A DNA stretch of 63,859 bases, filler included, from Hyphochytrium catenoides (lineage: Eukaryota; Protista; Hyphochytriomycota): the NCBI GenBank assembly GCA_900088475.1. It is 13 parts of 13 records of this genome, joined end to end, with 100 filler letters (N's around TTAATTAATTAA, not from the genome) between each part and the next. Parts side by side here need not be neighbours in the genome. Positions count along the whole stretch, not along the records: positions 38,888 to 50,060 come from FLMG01003208.1; positions 50,161 to 53,929 come from FLMG01002171.1; positions 54,030 to 55,315 come from FLMG01002410.1; positions 55,416 to 61,450 come from FLMG01002749.1; 9 more parts are not named here. One strand, written 5' to 3'. The notes beneath the pieces are model-generated. The model did no database searches and had not been told where the DNA came from. It was given only the letters and a program-made list of their open reading frames with translations. Numbering within the stretch: the first letter of the stretch is position 1; the number at the start of each line of letters is the position of its first letter. Position numbers and translations under genes: made by a program. Shown in pieces: positions 46,511 through 59,900 of the stretch.

Positions 46511-49500
46511 CTAGGAGCTGTCGATACGTACCTGGCAGACAGGGCATGCCTAACGAACAAAAAGCCACTGTCAATCGCAGCAGCAGTAGCAGATAGAATG
46601 GCAAACGAAGAGTAGCTCCATGTTCATCAGAGACAGATAAAGCGATCGGCAACATAGAGGATACAGAGAAAGAGAGACGGTTGGAGGTTATCCGCGTGGC
46701 GCACCTTATTATTGGCAAGCCATGGGTCGATGCAGTCCACATGGTAAGTGTGAATGCACGGCAGCGCGCGGACCAGCTCTCCATCCTGTAGATAATCGCG
46801 ACACACGGCGCATCTGGAGACATAAGAAACTTGCGTTAGCGCTTTAGCCGGCACTGCTGTCTCCTTCCTTTCTGATATTTCTCTCTCGATCTTCATGCGT
46901 ACCGCCGACCCTTGTGCTCTTTCTTTCTGTTCCTCTACCTTCACTCCATCTTTCAGCTCTAACTCAACCTTCACTTACTGAATCTTAGTGGAGCTGCCTG
47001 CCGCGTTGTAGTCGTATGTAGGAAGTCGGGAGATTTCAAAATCGGAAGCTCCTCTACGAAGACACCCACCGAGGTATGAGATATTGGAGTTAAGAGGACA
47101 CCAGCGAGCAAGATGGACAGAGAGAGAAAGGGAGAAGAGAGAGCGAGAAGAACAGCGATATAAATCTCTATGGTGCAAGGCTGGATTAGCACGGAGTTCA
47201 ACAGGATATGATACAAAGGGGCAGAAAAGCAAGAGCCGTGGGGCATAGTAGGCCTGTGCGAGAGAGGAGAGAACAGAAAGCGATTACAGAGGCGTAACGT
47301 AAGACCTTACCTTGGCTCCTCCACATATCCGGAAGCCCTAAATCGTAAAGTAGAGCTATTATACAGCGGAGGGAGCAAGAGTGAGACGCAGAGAGAGAGA
47401 AAGAGAGAGCGAAAAAGAGAGAAAGAGACGTCAGAGTGTTGAAATAGAGCTATTCTTAACAGATTGAGAAAATGAGCCTGCTGATGAGAATCTTGTAAGC
47501 ATGCGCTATAGCAAAGGAGGAGCATCGACATTCGAGAATAACACGCCAAACAGGGAGCCAAGGAGGTTCCTGCGCAAGTGCGCAGAGTCGCATAAAGCTT
47601 TCAGGCGCCTCTGAGTAAGTCAAAGGCTAACCGTATCATAGAACAAGCAGGGATTTGCAGAGAAAGGAAGCTGCTGTGACAACTGACATGAGCTCTGCTA
47701 GGGCTGGACCCTGATTCCGATTCATTTCTGCAAGTACAAACAAGATGAATATGCGAGCAAGACGGATGCACACACAGCTGGAGAGGAAAGAAAGGAGGTG
47801 AATGGAAAATAGGGGCTGAGTAATCCTACCGACTATTTGCCGCAGGTGATCTATCAATGAGCTCTGTACACGCGGACAGCAACAGTAGTTAGACCCTAAA
47901 GCCGTTCCAACCCCAAAGTAGAGTCGAAGCGAGAAGACTTTTGTTCGACACCATGCTTAGGACGAGTAAGCCCTCCAACCAAGAACCGATAATAGCGATG
48001 AATAGCAGGAGTTATCGCAGTGACAAGAGAAAGACTGGCCCAACTGCAGTAGCGCAGGAGCAAGAAGGTAGGACAGGAGAAGTCCTGTATCGTTGAGTGA
48101 GAACTTTGAACTAAGGCTTGAAGAGAGACCAAAACAGAGCCAAAGGATGTATCATGAAAGAGATGAACTTGTACCTGAAGCGTCGCCGCATTGGACCCAG
48201 AAGCGGAAGACGTTGGTGGAGCCGGAACGGAGGTGCCTCGACGTCTATCTTCTCTTCTAAGATTTCCGGTTGTTCGCCTTCGAGGACCAAGATCCCATTC
48301 ATAATATTCCTGAATAGGAGAGGCCAAGTACTCGTCTACAAAAGAATCTGAAGAGTCTGACGTAGACGTTGTCGGCCGGCGGCCAGGATCAGGACTGACG
48401 CCTGATAAGAACAATATCGTTAAAGGATAAGGTCAAAAAGGAAACACCAGCATAGTGGCATGCAGTCTTTCTCGCATAAAGCAGATAAGGGAAAACGATA
48501 CCAGCTCACACTAATCTACTATAGAAAGAACAGCACCAGGAACAACGCTGGCACAACAGAAGAGTGTTGAGTGAGCTAGCTCATTTGCCTTCCCCTCTCT
48601 TACTCTCTAAGACTCTATAGAAGTGGAACGGCATGCAGGGTCAACACATGGTCACGACCATGTATAAGAGAGTGAACTAACAGCCGGAAGAGTCTAATCA
48701 GGGCAGATCAAAGACTTAGTACCTCGTGGGGCTTCAGCTGCATCCGTCTACATAGGTAAAAGAGACCCACAGGCACGTTGAGAGGACACGGCGTTAGACC
48801 ACAGCCACAATTGGTGAAGAGATGACCCACATGGGCCAGAACAAAAAGAGACGGAATGCGTCCTCCTAAAGCGGAAAGGCAAGCCTAAGAAAGAAGGGCA
48901 TCAGATGGAGCATACCTCCGTGGGGAACATAACCATAATATCTTCGGCAATGCTCTCCATAGAACGATCAGCTTCATATCCCGATGTCAGGAGAGCGACC
49001 AACATTGAACGCGGTACATGGGGGAAGATTTCGCTAAGCTGCTCCGCGTCCTGTTGCGCCCTCCTTTCAAAGACACTCCGTATTCTTTGACGTACGGAAA
49101 GTATAGCAGAGGCAGGACGAGAAAGAGGAGGTGGATGGGTTGGAGGGGAAGGAGCTGGTAAACTCTCCGATTTCTGTTCCTCCTCTGTAGCGTGCGGGGA
49201 GGAACAGGGGTCGATCGTTGGACCGCTCTCTACTTCGCCCTCTCGTAACTTCACCTAGGTACTCGTGTTAGTCCTGGGCCATGAGGATTACCCGCAAACT
49301 GCCCCACTACCTTAACGGTGCAGTTACGGTCACTACGAGGCACAAGCCCAGACCGCTATACACGGAGAACTAGGACTATTGAGATTAGGACTCAAGCTTT
49401 GCTCATAAAAAGTAATAAAGAAAGAAAGAAACAAGAGCCGGAGCTGTTTTCTTACCTCAACCAGAAAGGAGCCACCTAGCGATACTGAGGAGTTAACATC

Positions 49501-50060
49501 GTCCATGTCTTCCTGACTTCTAGTGATGAGAGCGACCTGCAGCCATCACAATGTGAGACTAGGTTAATAGAGCACGCGAACTGCTGCTCTGCCCAAGCAT
49601 GGACGTGAGGCTTGCTACAGCCCTGAAGCGAAGAATGACGCCTCCTTACCCCGGTGCCCTTGTCCACCTTTAGAAGCGCTGTGTGCAGTCTAAAGGAGAG
49701 CATCAGTTGGCCGCTTTTCCCAACAGGGACGTGATATAATTTCAGCAGGACCTCCCCTCGTACTTTCTTCCCTATCTGCAAAGGACAGAGCCACACTCAG
49801 GGACACAAGGGATATAGAGGCGAGCACTCAACAACTGGAGAGGAAGCTTAGCGTGGCCGGAGACCAGGCAGCCGCACAATCTAATGACGCCTCCGGATCA
49901 CACCGCCAAGAGCTCAAGCAGAAGGGACAAGTAGATTGAGACGCGGGACGACGCAAACAAGAGAGATACGACGCAAACACGGTATTGCCAACAACAGGAC
50001 GCTCACCTTGAAGGCCATAGGAACATCATCCGCCGTGTAGTTTCTTATGCCATGGACCAT
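46511..50060 (-). CDS. PTEN/tensin-type C2 domain + CUE-like domain + RING-H2 E3 ligase (5' part missing)
   Basis: C2-like: VRGEVLLKLYH...LMLSFRLHTALL...DMDD. CUE-like: EQLSEIFPHVPRSMLVALL. RING-H2: RGASDFEISRLPT...QCAVCRDYLQDGELVRALPCIHTYHVDCIDPWLANNK|ACPVCQ. An alternative last exon could extend the gene to 46385. Confidence 0.8.
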
Positions 50061-51219
50061 NNNNNNNNNNNNNNNNNNNNNNNNNNNNNNNNNNNNNNNN
50101 NNNNTTAATTAATTAANNNNNNNNNNNNNNNNNNNNNNNNNNNNNNNNNNNNNNNNNNNNCTGTTGTCTCTACTGCCCGGAGGGTTTCGACTTATGAACC
50201 CACAGGAAGAGAGCTCCGAAGGAGCCTCTACTGCAAGAGCAATAGTTGGCTGCTCTATGTTGGCCAGTACTCAGCTAGACGGCTGAGGTGATGCGCTGGA
50301 GGTCAGGGAGACTTTAACTGGCAATCTTCTCTACTCAGACCTGTCTCGCCCGTCGGAATGAATCTCTTCTTGCCGCGGCGAGTTAGGCGCTTGCGTCTCT
50401 GTGTCCCTGGCACTGCTGGGGTGCTGCCATCTTGCCCCTCCTCTTCTCTTCTCTCTCTTTCTTCTCTTCCTCTCGCTTGCCTTCGGCTGCTCTCTTGTCT
50501 CTTGCTCTCCCCAGCAGCAGCATCTCTCTCTCTCTCTCCCCTTTCGCCTTCCCCTCTCATCGCAGCGTATGACACTCCTCCTCGTCAGAGCTCCTCCTGG
50601 ACTGGACCCACAATGGGTCTGTCCGCCTACCCACCCGCCCCCACGTCGCACATCAAAGGTGTGGGTTTGGACCTGCCTACAAATTTGCCTATTTCCGACC
50701 TCACCCACATGCCCCGCAGCGGCGACCGCCCCACGAACCACCCATCCACTCACCGTTCTGATGTTAGCAAGAATCAGCCGTTTTTCCCTCTCACTTGTCG
50801 TATGTGCTCCTCCTCCTCTCCCTCTTCCCTCCCCTGCTTTAATAAGAAGGAAGTCCTGTTATCCCCGCCTAAGTCCCCAGTAGATGATGGACCAGCAAGT
50901 GTGGAACAGTGTTCTTGAGCTTCGCGTCAGCAGTTGAGCTTTGTTGGGAAGGATGATGATCTTGCTGCCATCACTGTGGGATTGCGCCAGGTGCCTGCCT
51001 CTCTTATGGCATTATTATATTGGTGGGCGAGGGACTACGAAGTAGCAAAAGGGGTTGGTGGTAAGACGCGAGCACAGGAGTTGGAAAGGGCGGGCTGCAA
51101 TAGGTGAGATGAGTTAATGTTATTGAAGTCTTCTCAATGGCCAGACTGAACCATAGCATCAACCTGGTGATCATTCTTCCTTGGAAGGTAAATAGTCATC
51201 ACAGACTATATGCATGATA

Positions 51220-52000
51220 CTTGTATGGAGGAGTTCAATTACAAGCTCTTAGCTCTCGTTCACGAGCAGTCAATCCCAGACCTCTAACATACAGAGCTCC
51301 TCTACCCTGCGAGCGAAAAGAAAGCTTCTTCGCTAAAGCTTTCTCTCCTGCTTATTGTTTTTCACTAGAGTGTTCACACCTTCAACCACCACTCGTTAAT
51401 TCCGGCACCAAAAGAAAGAACAATGTATTATAGGACCTGCCTGGACTGAGTTAGTGAAGCAGGAGGTCACCACATATTGCGCTAAACCCGTTCCCCTGAA
51501 ACTTCGGGATCGGATCCATAGATGAACTAACCATACATCATGAATCAAGAAAAGAAGCAGATTCGGTTGAGGATGTACTGCTCTTGCTTCATCCGACGAC
51601 CACCCTTCCTTGAAGAAGCAACAAGTCGAAAGGAGAGTGAGTATTCATGATCTGGCTTGGCTTACAAGGTGTTTTTTCCCCAAGTGTTCCTCATCATAAA
51701 AGAGGAGTAAGCCCGAGGGTCCAGATTCTAAGCGTACTGTTCTGTTGCCTGTGCCAGAACGCCTTGGTGACTACTATGATTACGCTTCCGTCCAATCACC
51801 GTTCTATGTAGCTCTACTCGGTTCACTGTGCCTTATGTGTTGTCTAGCTAGCTGGTGGGTCTTGAATTCTTCGGAGTACCTAACACATAGTACACCATCA
51901 CCCTGTAGAAGGCACGCAACAATTGACCCTCTAGGAGAATAAAGTCCGCCGTATGGCGGGATACTGGGACGTCAGTACAAGTACTTCTCATCATCTCATC
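51220..52000 (+). mobile_element. Heavily decayed non-LTR (LINE) reverse transcriptase remnant
   Basis: Degenerate motifs appear in the canonical order across frameshifts and stops: PDL*HTELL (GPDG..E.L), LIPAPK...YYRT (IPK..YRPI), KEADSV (AFD.V), LQGVFSP-FLI (QG..LSP.LF), VACA (YADD region), VLNSS (LN..K) and QYKYF (KYLG). Confidence 0.6.
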
Positions 52001-53655
52001 ATCGCTTACTTTTCCTCGTTTCGGCGTACGTTGTTCTAATAGCCGTTAGTTCTCAGTACAGTGTTCAATGTAGTTCGGGCTCCACGCTCCAGCCTCGCGC
52101 CTGCCTGCAAGATATCCTGCTCAGCACTGGTTTGAGTGTGCAGTTCATGAGTTATCCCGCAGGCGCGAGGCTGGAGTTTGGAGCCTGGAGTGTGGGTTGG
52201 AGGTTGGAGACTGTTGAGGAAAAGAATGCGACCTTCTTCATGCATCAGCGCTGATAGACCCATCATCCCATTTACCCAGGCTTCTTTCGTCTTCTGGTGG
52301 AGCCGATGAACGGTGAACGGCAACTTCGCCAACTTGATCTCATCGTCACTACTCTAGGACCCCTTGTTGATAGTGAATGTAGTATACCAGCCCCAAGTCA
52401 AAAGAGAGAAAGGCTCTCGTAGCAGTATACGGTCTCTACACTAGTTCTATGGACCTCTGTCTGAAATTAGAACCCATCGCTTGCTAACCCTCTGGAAACT
52501 AGGAACAGCCATCATGCCTTCAGCAATGGGTTATGAGATGATTGACCAAGTGCTGAATTTTTATTGGCTCCTTTGTCTCTTTGGTTTCCATTTTCCCAAA
52601 TAATGAAATAAAAGCTACAATGGCCTCGTCCTCAAGCCTCCCATAATTCGTGACTTCTCCCTTTTGATTTGCTGAATAGAAAGAATGCAATAAACCTAAA
52701 TTCGGTTTCATTTATATAAAGTCTATACCAGCAACTAATAAAACACTTTGATAGCCTAAGATCTACGTAGGCCCCAGTTCAAGAGTTTCACATAGTGCAC
52801 AACTAATTTTTTTTATTTTTGTATAAAAAATCCTAAAAAGGTGGGGAAAGGAAGGGGAGTGCATTGCACCATTGGCAACACTTCTGGGGCTTCCTCTAAA
52901 CTTTCCCTGTTCCCCTGTACAGTATTTCTATTGGGTTTCTTCATTGTTCTTCAACGTCACACTTCTTCTCACTAGTTCTATCCTAGACATATATCCTCTG
53001 GCTCTTTCTCGATTTGTATATAGGTAATAACTATCACGGAACAGAGTTCGATAGATCTCTGTCTCTCATCCATCAAAATCTCTTTGCCTCCTCTACCTAC
53101 AGCACTTGCTCTGTAAAAGTTCCTAGAACTACATGTACCGATAGAGAGCGCCGTCTAGTGTGCTGCGGATTCTTCATTATGTTTTGCCCCCAGTTTTTTA
53201 GCTAGTTCTACTAATCTGCTTGTGTTGTTCCCCTTTCTCTGTCACAGTCCTAGAACCTCCAACAATCTGCTGGTACACTATCAGGAGTGATGGCAAGGAG
53301 CCGAAATATCTGTGGGCTCGACTAAGAGGCAGTTGTGGTTGCGCTTGTCCCTTCCAGACTGAAACAATCACAGCAGGGCATCTCGTGCATCCTCTGTCTC
53401 GAAACCATCCTTATCTTTGAGAGGTATACGGGTATAGACCATAAGGGTTGTGACTCTGTCTGGGAAAGGGGTCCTCTCTCTATGCTCTGTCATCGTCGAT
53501 AGAGTTGTAAAAATTGTGTTCAAGGTGTTAGCAGTGGAGAGAGTGCAGTAAGACAAATGCTGGATGGGTTCCGCCCCGCCGGAAACTATCAAAACAGCCC
53601 AAAACACAGCCCTGTGCCAACCATGATCTCTCTCTCCTCTCTCCTTTTTTCTCTC

Positions 53656-53710
<55 letters not shown>

Positions 53711-55021
53711 CACCTTCCCTCTCTCCATCCAATCTATACTATCTCTCACACAGCTAGGAAGGACATTTCTCCTGCCTTACTCTGTCTAGTTCTCTCCCTC
53801 AGCTCGCGGGCGTAGTATCTGACATCCTTTTTCTAATGACCTCTGCTGCGCCTTACTATCCAGTTCCTTCTCCCTTCTCTCCCCACCTTGTGGCCCGACA
53901 GTGGTTGCAGACTGAGCAGGAAGTGATGTNNNNNNNNNNNNNNNNNNNNNNNNNNNNNNNNNNNNNNNNNNNNTTAATTAATTAANNNNNNNNNNNNNNN
54001 NNNNNNNNNNNNNNNNNNNNNNNNNNNNNCTTATTAGGCGATACAGTAGTTCTACAGCTAATCTCTGCCTCTTCAATAGGCGACCTTTGACATGATAGTT
54101 TACAGACCTGCTGGCGCTGTCGTAGTCCTCGCGCGAGTACTAGAACTACTCCGTACACTTTTCTGCTCTACTAAAAGGATAGACTCTATCCTCAGTGCAG
54201 GTTGTTCTCTGTCCTAGCGCAACCCTTTCTCGATTAATTCACAAGGTCCCCAGCACTGTCATCACTAGTTATTTCCGTCTTTTTGTTTTAGGATACCGGC
54301 TAATAAAGTGGCCACGAGTACTACTGTTGTGTGCTGATGCATGCGCTCACGCTTGTGCCATGACTGCCCAGCCTATTCGATCTACCTTGAGGAAGGTGGC
54401 ATCCACGTCTAAAGAACCTTCACTAATCTGCTGCTCAGTTCTCTCTCGTTCATAGTAGTATGGGGGGCTAGGGTTAAAAGCTATTTGTGGTCCTGCCTCA
54501 CTACTATTATTGTTGTTCCTTTCTCACATCATAAAGCAACCGCCACGTTCGCATATAGTGCTGTTATCACAAGACACAGACGAGCAGTGGGACGGGCCGT
54601 CAACGAAGGATGAGGGAGTCAGAAGAGAAGACCATCCTAGGCCGACAGAGAACTGGATACCTTGAGGACTGTCTTCTCTTCCACTTCATGTCGCTTTTTC
54701 CAGCTTCTCAGGAACCGCCTTTGTAGATAGTGAAACGGTTCAAGAAAAGTAAAAAAAAGACACCGTTGATCGGGGACCCTTACTCATCAATCATTACGCA
54801 ACTTCCTCTCCATCTCCAACCCGCCTCAGTTCATTGCACTTGATAGCTCATAGCACTTGAATTTGGTCATCACAAGCCTGAAGTTCCTACCTGCTTCACT
54901 TATAACAGTAGTGAGGCTCAGTGAGCGCACTCCTATCGCCCTACCCCTGCCTACGCCTACTACAACGCGGAGACTGGAGGAGCGCTGTGTTTCGTCCCCA
55001 CGAACGAAGAATCACCAGACT

Positions 55022-55315
55022 ATGGTCCCGCCAGGGTCTACTTCGACTTGTGAGACTTCAGAGCCTTCAGCGAGGAAGTCATTCTTCTCCATCAAGTACT
55101 TCCATGTACTCCTCTTCCTCCTCGCAATTTGCACCGTAACAATTAGGACGGTACCAGCCTTTGCTCAACCCGCTCCGGATAAAGCGAAGGATCATTTTGT
55201 CCGTGTGGATCCCAAAGACTTTCGGTATTTCATTCACAAAGGGAAGCGCTTTGAATTTCAGGGAACAAATCAACGTGAGATACCAATTGGCCTCGCTGAA
55301 CATTCGATTGAGGAG
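55022..55315 (+). CDS. 5' fragment of a secreted or membrane-anchored glycoside hydrolase-like protein (GH5/mannanase-type N-terminus)
   Basis: A hydrophobic signal/anchor (YFHVLLFLLAICTVTIRTVPAFA) is followed by HFVRVDPKDFRYFIHKGKRFEFQGTNQ, resembling the FV.V....F...G..F.F.G.N start of clan GH-A enzymes. Truncated by a gap. Confidence 0.55.
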
Positions 55316-55463
55316 NNNNNNNNNNNNNNNNNNNNNNNNNNNNNNNNNNNNNNNNNNNNTTAATTAATTAANNNNNNNNNNNNNNNNNNNNNNNNNNNNN
55401 NNNNNNNNNNNNNNNAAAGTCCAGGTCCCACCCACGTAAACAGCCCAATGGTCCACCTTCCTT

Positions 55464-55509
<46 letters not shown>

Positions 55510-56675
55510 CCTCCTCTGTGTATGGTCTAAAAGAAAGCAATGAATCATTCTCTCACCCTTCCCCCGCAAAATATTAGCCTTCCTCCCCATTGTTCCGACG
55601 GTAGAAGAGGTAACCAAGCATATCAAAAAAAGACTTAGACAAACCCAGGTATGTTTCTCTCTTTTCTGTCTCTCTCTTCCCTGGTTTCTCTCTCTTTTTC
55701 TGTCTCTCTTTTGTCTGCAAGCCAATAGGAACTGTTTCTTAGGTAAACAGGCAGCAGTCAGTATGAGACAAGACAGGGAAAAAGANNNNNNNNNNNNNNN
55801 NNNNNNNNNNNNNNNNNNNNNNNNNNNNNNNNNNNNNNNNNCTCTCTCTCTCTCTCTCTCTCTTGTGGCCTTTTGCACCACTCGCTCTCGTCCCTTCTTC
55901 AGTCCTACCCTTGGAGCTGCTAACGTCGCCTAAGTCTGGGAGTCACCTCTTCTGTTCCTCTGATATTCCTGACCGCACACCCGACCTTTTAACGAAGAGC
56001 CCGAGCTTAGTGGAAAGATATCCCCAAGATTAAAGCTGGTATCTGAACGGATCACAGAAAGATGAACACATTACACCATAACATGGAGGTTAATAGCGGG
56101 TGTTATTGGCTCCCGATAATAGATACTAATAACGAATGTATCCTGGGCTAGCTGGGATTCGCGGCTCCAATACAGCGAAAAAGCAGACCGAAAGTAGCAA
56201 GCTAACTTTCAGAAGAAAGATGGGTGGGCTACTCTCCGTCCAAGCCAAAGGGAGAGAGACGATGACACCTCAAGATGGCTGTTCACTTTTCACTTTTCTC
56301 TCTCTCTCTCTTTCTCTTTCTCTCTCTCTCTCTCCTTTTCTCTTTCTCACAAACACTTTCTCTTTCTCTCATTCTGTCTCTCACTCGCTCTACCCTTATT
56401 TGAATCTATGCCCGCCATGCTGTGGTGGCTCTTGTGGGTTTATGACAGGGAATTCGATTCTCTCTGTCTCTCTGTCTCTCTCTTCTCTCTCTCTCTTTCC
56501 TCATGATGCTCTTCCCAAATCCGTATCTCTTACAGTCCTCCATCACAGTGAGGCTTAGGATAAACTTGGCTCTATCTTGGTTAAGGCAGGATATCTTTCT
56601 GACATTGTCTTTTGAACTATATTTTTCCCTCCTCTTCTTCTTATGGAGGTCTGGATTGAGAGGCAGAGACACAGG

Positions 56676-56709
<34 letters not shown>

Positions 56710-56901
56710 AGGAGAAAGAAAGAGAGAGAAAGAGAGAGAGAGAGTAAAGGAAAGATGGCAAAAAGGTCCATAAGAACCACCACGAGCCCTCGACCAAACA
56801 CTCTCCGAGCAGTCACTGGTCAAACCCATAGCAAAAAGGGACAGGAGACGGCGTTCAAGACAAACAGAGGGCGCTCTCTTTTTTTGCCTACTCTCTCTCT
56901 C

Positions 56902-56939
<38 letters not shown>

Positions 56940-59900
56940 TCTCCTTTTCTCTCTTTACCTCTGTGGATCGGATGCAGCAGTGCTCCTGTCGGCCGAAGGG
57001 ACTGTTAGATCTTTGGACACTGTGGGCAGAAGCGCACTCAATAAATTTTTAGGGGAAGCAAGTCACTTCCCTCAGATTTTATTGAGAAACTCTTTCTTTC
57101 GATACTTTGGCCGGCGTGTTGCTGTTCATCACCGGCATCTCTCTCTCTCTCTCTCTGATTGTCTGTCTCTTCTCATCTCGTCTTATGCTTTGATGTCCTG
57201 CCGTTCTCCGCTTGTGGCGCCCTTCCTGCTGGTTGCCGTCAGTCTTTCTAAAGATTTTTTGCTGTCCAAAGAGCAAGAAGAGACGAAGAGGTGAACGCCA
57301 ATTCTGGCATTCCTTCTCGTTTGACAAGCTCTGGTGGTTCTTTTTTGTCTTATGATGTACATGGGTTGCTCGTGTGCACCTCAGAGGTGGGCAGAGACAG
57401 AGAGAGAGAGAAAGAGAGAGAGAGAGAATGTGGCTGGGATATTATTGGAATGCGTGCCAGACTGAAGCGTGAGAGGCAGAAGAGAGACAAGATGGGGATA
57501 GAAGGGAGCAACTTTCACGCCACGTTTCCTCTTCTTGTGAATCGTGCTTGCTGCTGATGTTTGGCATTTCAAGGAACTAGTCCATAAGCTAGACACAGAG
57601 AAAGAGAGGGAGAAGGAAGAGAAGACGTGTACATCCCAACGACTTGTCGTCTCCCTTGCCCCAACTCTGCATCATCTTCGCTCCTTTATCCCCCACTCGC
57701 ACGTTGTGCCGCTTTCTCTTAGAAGATAGAGGCTTCGGGCTTTTCACCTTCTCCCTGCAGGGTCGGAAGATGAAAAGACAGGCGAGAGAAAAATTATGAA
57801 GAGAGAGAAAGGGAAGGAGAACGCTTGTGGGGAAGAGATTGACGTGGTGGATGACCAGCCAAGAGAGAGCTGTCCGAATGTGACAGCGCAATCAGTCTGG
57901 TGGCCGAGCTCGTCACTTTCTTCGTTGACGTCGATGCGAACCGTGCGAGGACAGCGAGGATCTGTTAGAGAAAGAGAGAGATAAAGAGAATAAACAGCCT
58001 CTCCTTCTCATCAACTATGCTCACATTGAGAGCCGGAAAGGAAGGAAAATGACTTTGGCCTCGTGGCTGCAACGCTATGGACTGCCTGTCATTGCTGTCC
58101 AAACCTAGACCAACAACAGAGAGAAAAAAGACAGGGAAAGGACATTCCCACCACCAACAGGCGTGAAGCAAAAGAGACGAGAGACATGAACCTCGCCCCA
58201 AAGAAGAGACGTTTGAGAAAAGAGAGAGAAAGAGAGAGAGATAGTGCATGAGCAACAGCAGCAGGAGAGAAAAAGTTTTGGTTCCTTCCGCAAAAGGATC
58301 ACGGGGGAAAGCTGGGAAGAACGTGTCAATGATGCAGACGATCACGATGTGGCGATAACTTTTTATGAAGATCTTCATGATGGTCTCTTCTTAAGAGAGA
58401 CGGCCGTCCAATAGTGCAGAGTGGCGGCACAGCCCGCCTTGTTCTAACGTCTGGGCGGCCGTCAGACGAAGCAGGAAACAGCGCCATCCACAGCCAACTG
58501 CCCGCCAAAATTTAGAAGGAAACTCTGGGAAGGAGGAAGAGACGACTGACTTTGCTCCTCATTGGACTTGTGCAGCCTGTCCATCGCTCGTTCAGCAACT
58601 CTACTTTCATAATAATGGTCACAGGAGAAGAAGAGACTCTCAGGGCAGCGCGGGCACTTCTACTCTCTTCTTTTCTTTTTCCCCAGAGTCTTGGTCACCG
58701 TCGACGAGTAAAACCAAATTATCCATCCCGCCGTGGTGGGATAGATTTTTCGTTCTTCTGTCTTCCTCCTTCCTCTGCAGCTTGGCCAGTTCTCAAGATG
58801 GCTTTCCCTCCTCCTTTCGCAGCCCTGGCTTCCTTTCGCCTCCTCGACCGACGGCACGATGGTGTTGACTGCTTTCCTCCTTCTTCTTCGAGGCAGATAA
58901 GATTAGCCTACTCTTATTAACTTGCCGCTGTCTTTCTCGTCTCCGCCTTGCAAGACACGACTGCGCCATAGCAAAGAGGAGTTTCTCATGCCGAAATCTA
59001 TCACGATGGCTTTGTATTATCTCTACTATCTTCCCTTTCACTCTGACCCTGTCTCTTCTCCTTCTAATGATTCTTCTATTTTTCACCTATAATGAAAGAG
59101 GAAAGTGACGAAGTGGTCTATTATCTGCTAATTTCTTCTTGACGCTGCAGTCCTGCCTCCATCTATCATCATTATGACAGGGCAGAAGTCATCATAAGTG
59201 ACGAGACGATGTCATCGACGACTGGCTTTCTCTGTTGTTACTCTCTCTCTACCATCTTCCTGGCCCCGCAGATCAGCAGCAGTGACGATGTTGACGTCAA
59301 AGAATAAAATTTAGAGGATGATACGCCAGGCAGTATGTTCCGCTATCTTTCTGTTCTCTGGCGCATCATCATGGAGACTGGAAGAGGCACAAAGAAGAAG
59401 TAAGGAGCCTGCTGCTTCTCTCTGTGCGCTACTTCTCTCCTCCTCGTCGCCCATCGCTGCCACGCAATCATCTTCTGAATCTGACAAGAACTATCGTTCT
59501 TGCACCATCATCATTGCCAAGCAGGTACGGAGAAGAAAAAAGCGAGATGTAGATGCTTTTTATAGAAGAAGTGAGAAAAGAAGATTATAATTTTGCCAGA
59601 GGACAAACAACAACGAAGGAAGAAAGCAAATATGTGCAAAAAGAAGAAGAGAGAAGGTAGACTGAGACGAGAGAAAAGCGGCGAGAGAGGAAAAAAGAGA
59701 TATGAAGAGAGAGAGAGAGAGAGAGAAATAAAGAGAGGATTAAAGAGAGAGCGCGAGAGAGAGAGAGAGATAAATAAAGAGAGAGAGACAGAGGGAGAGA
59801 GAGAGAGAGAGATAACGACTTGCGCCCGCCTCTTTGATATCTTTTTATAAATAACAAAATAAGAAGAAAGGCAAAAGAGGGAGACTTGACTACCCCAAAT

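Noticed and set aside
50358-50918. 186-aa Ser/Pro/Leu-rich ORF
   Set aside because: Low complexity, partly derived from CT repeats, with no motif
55416-59500. ORFs of up to 263 aa
   Set aside because: Microsatellite-driven, with no recognisable motifs or consistent exon chain
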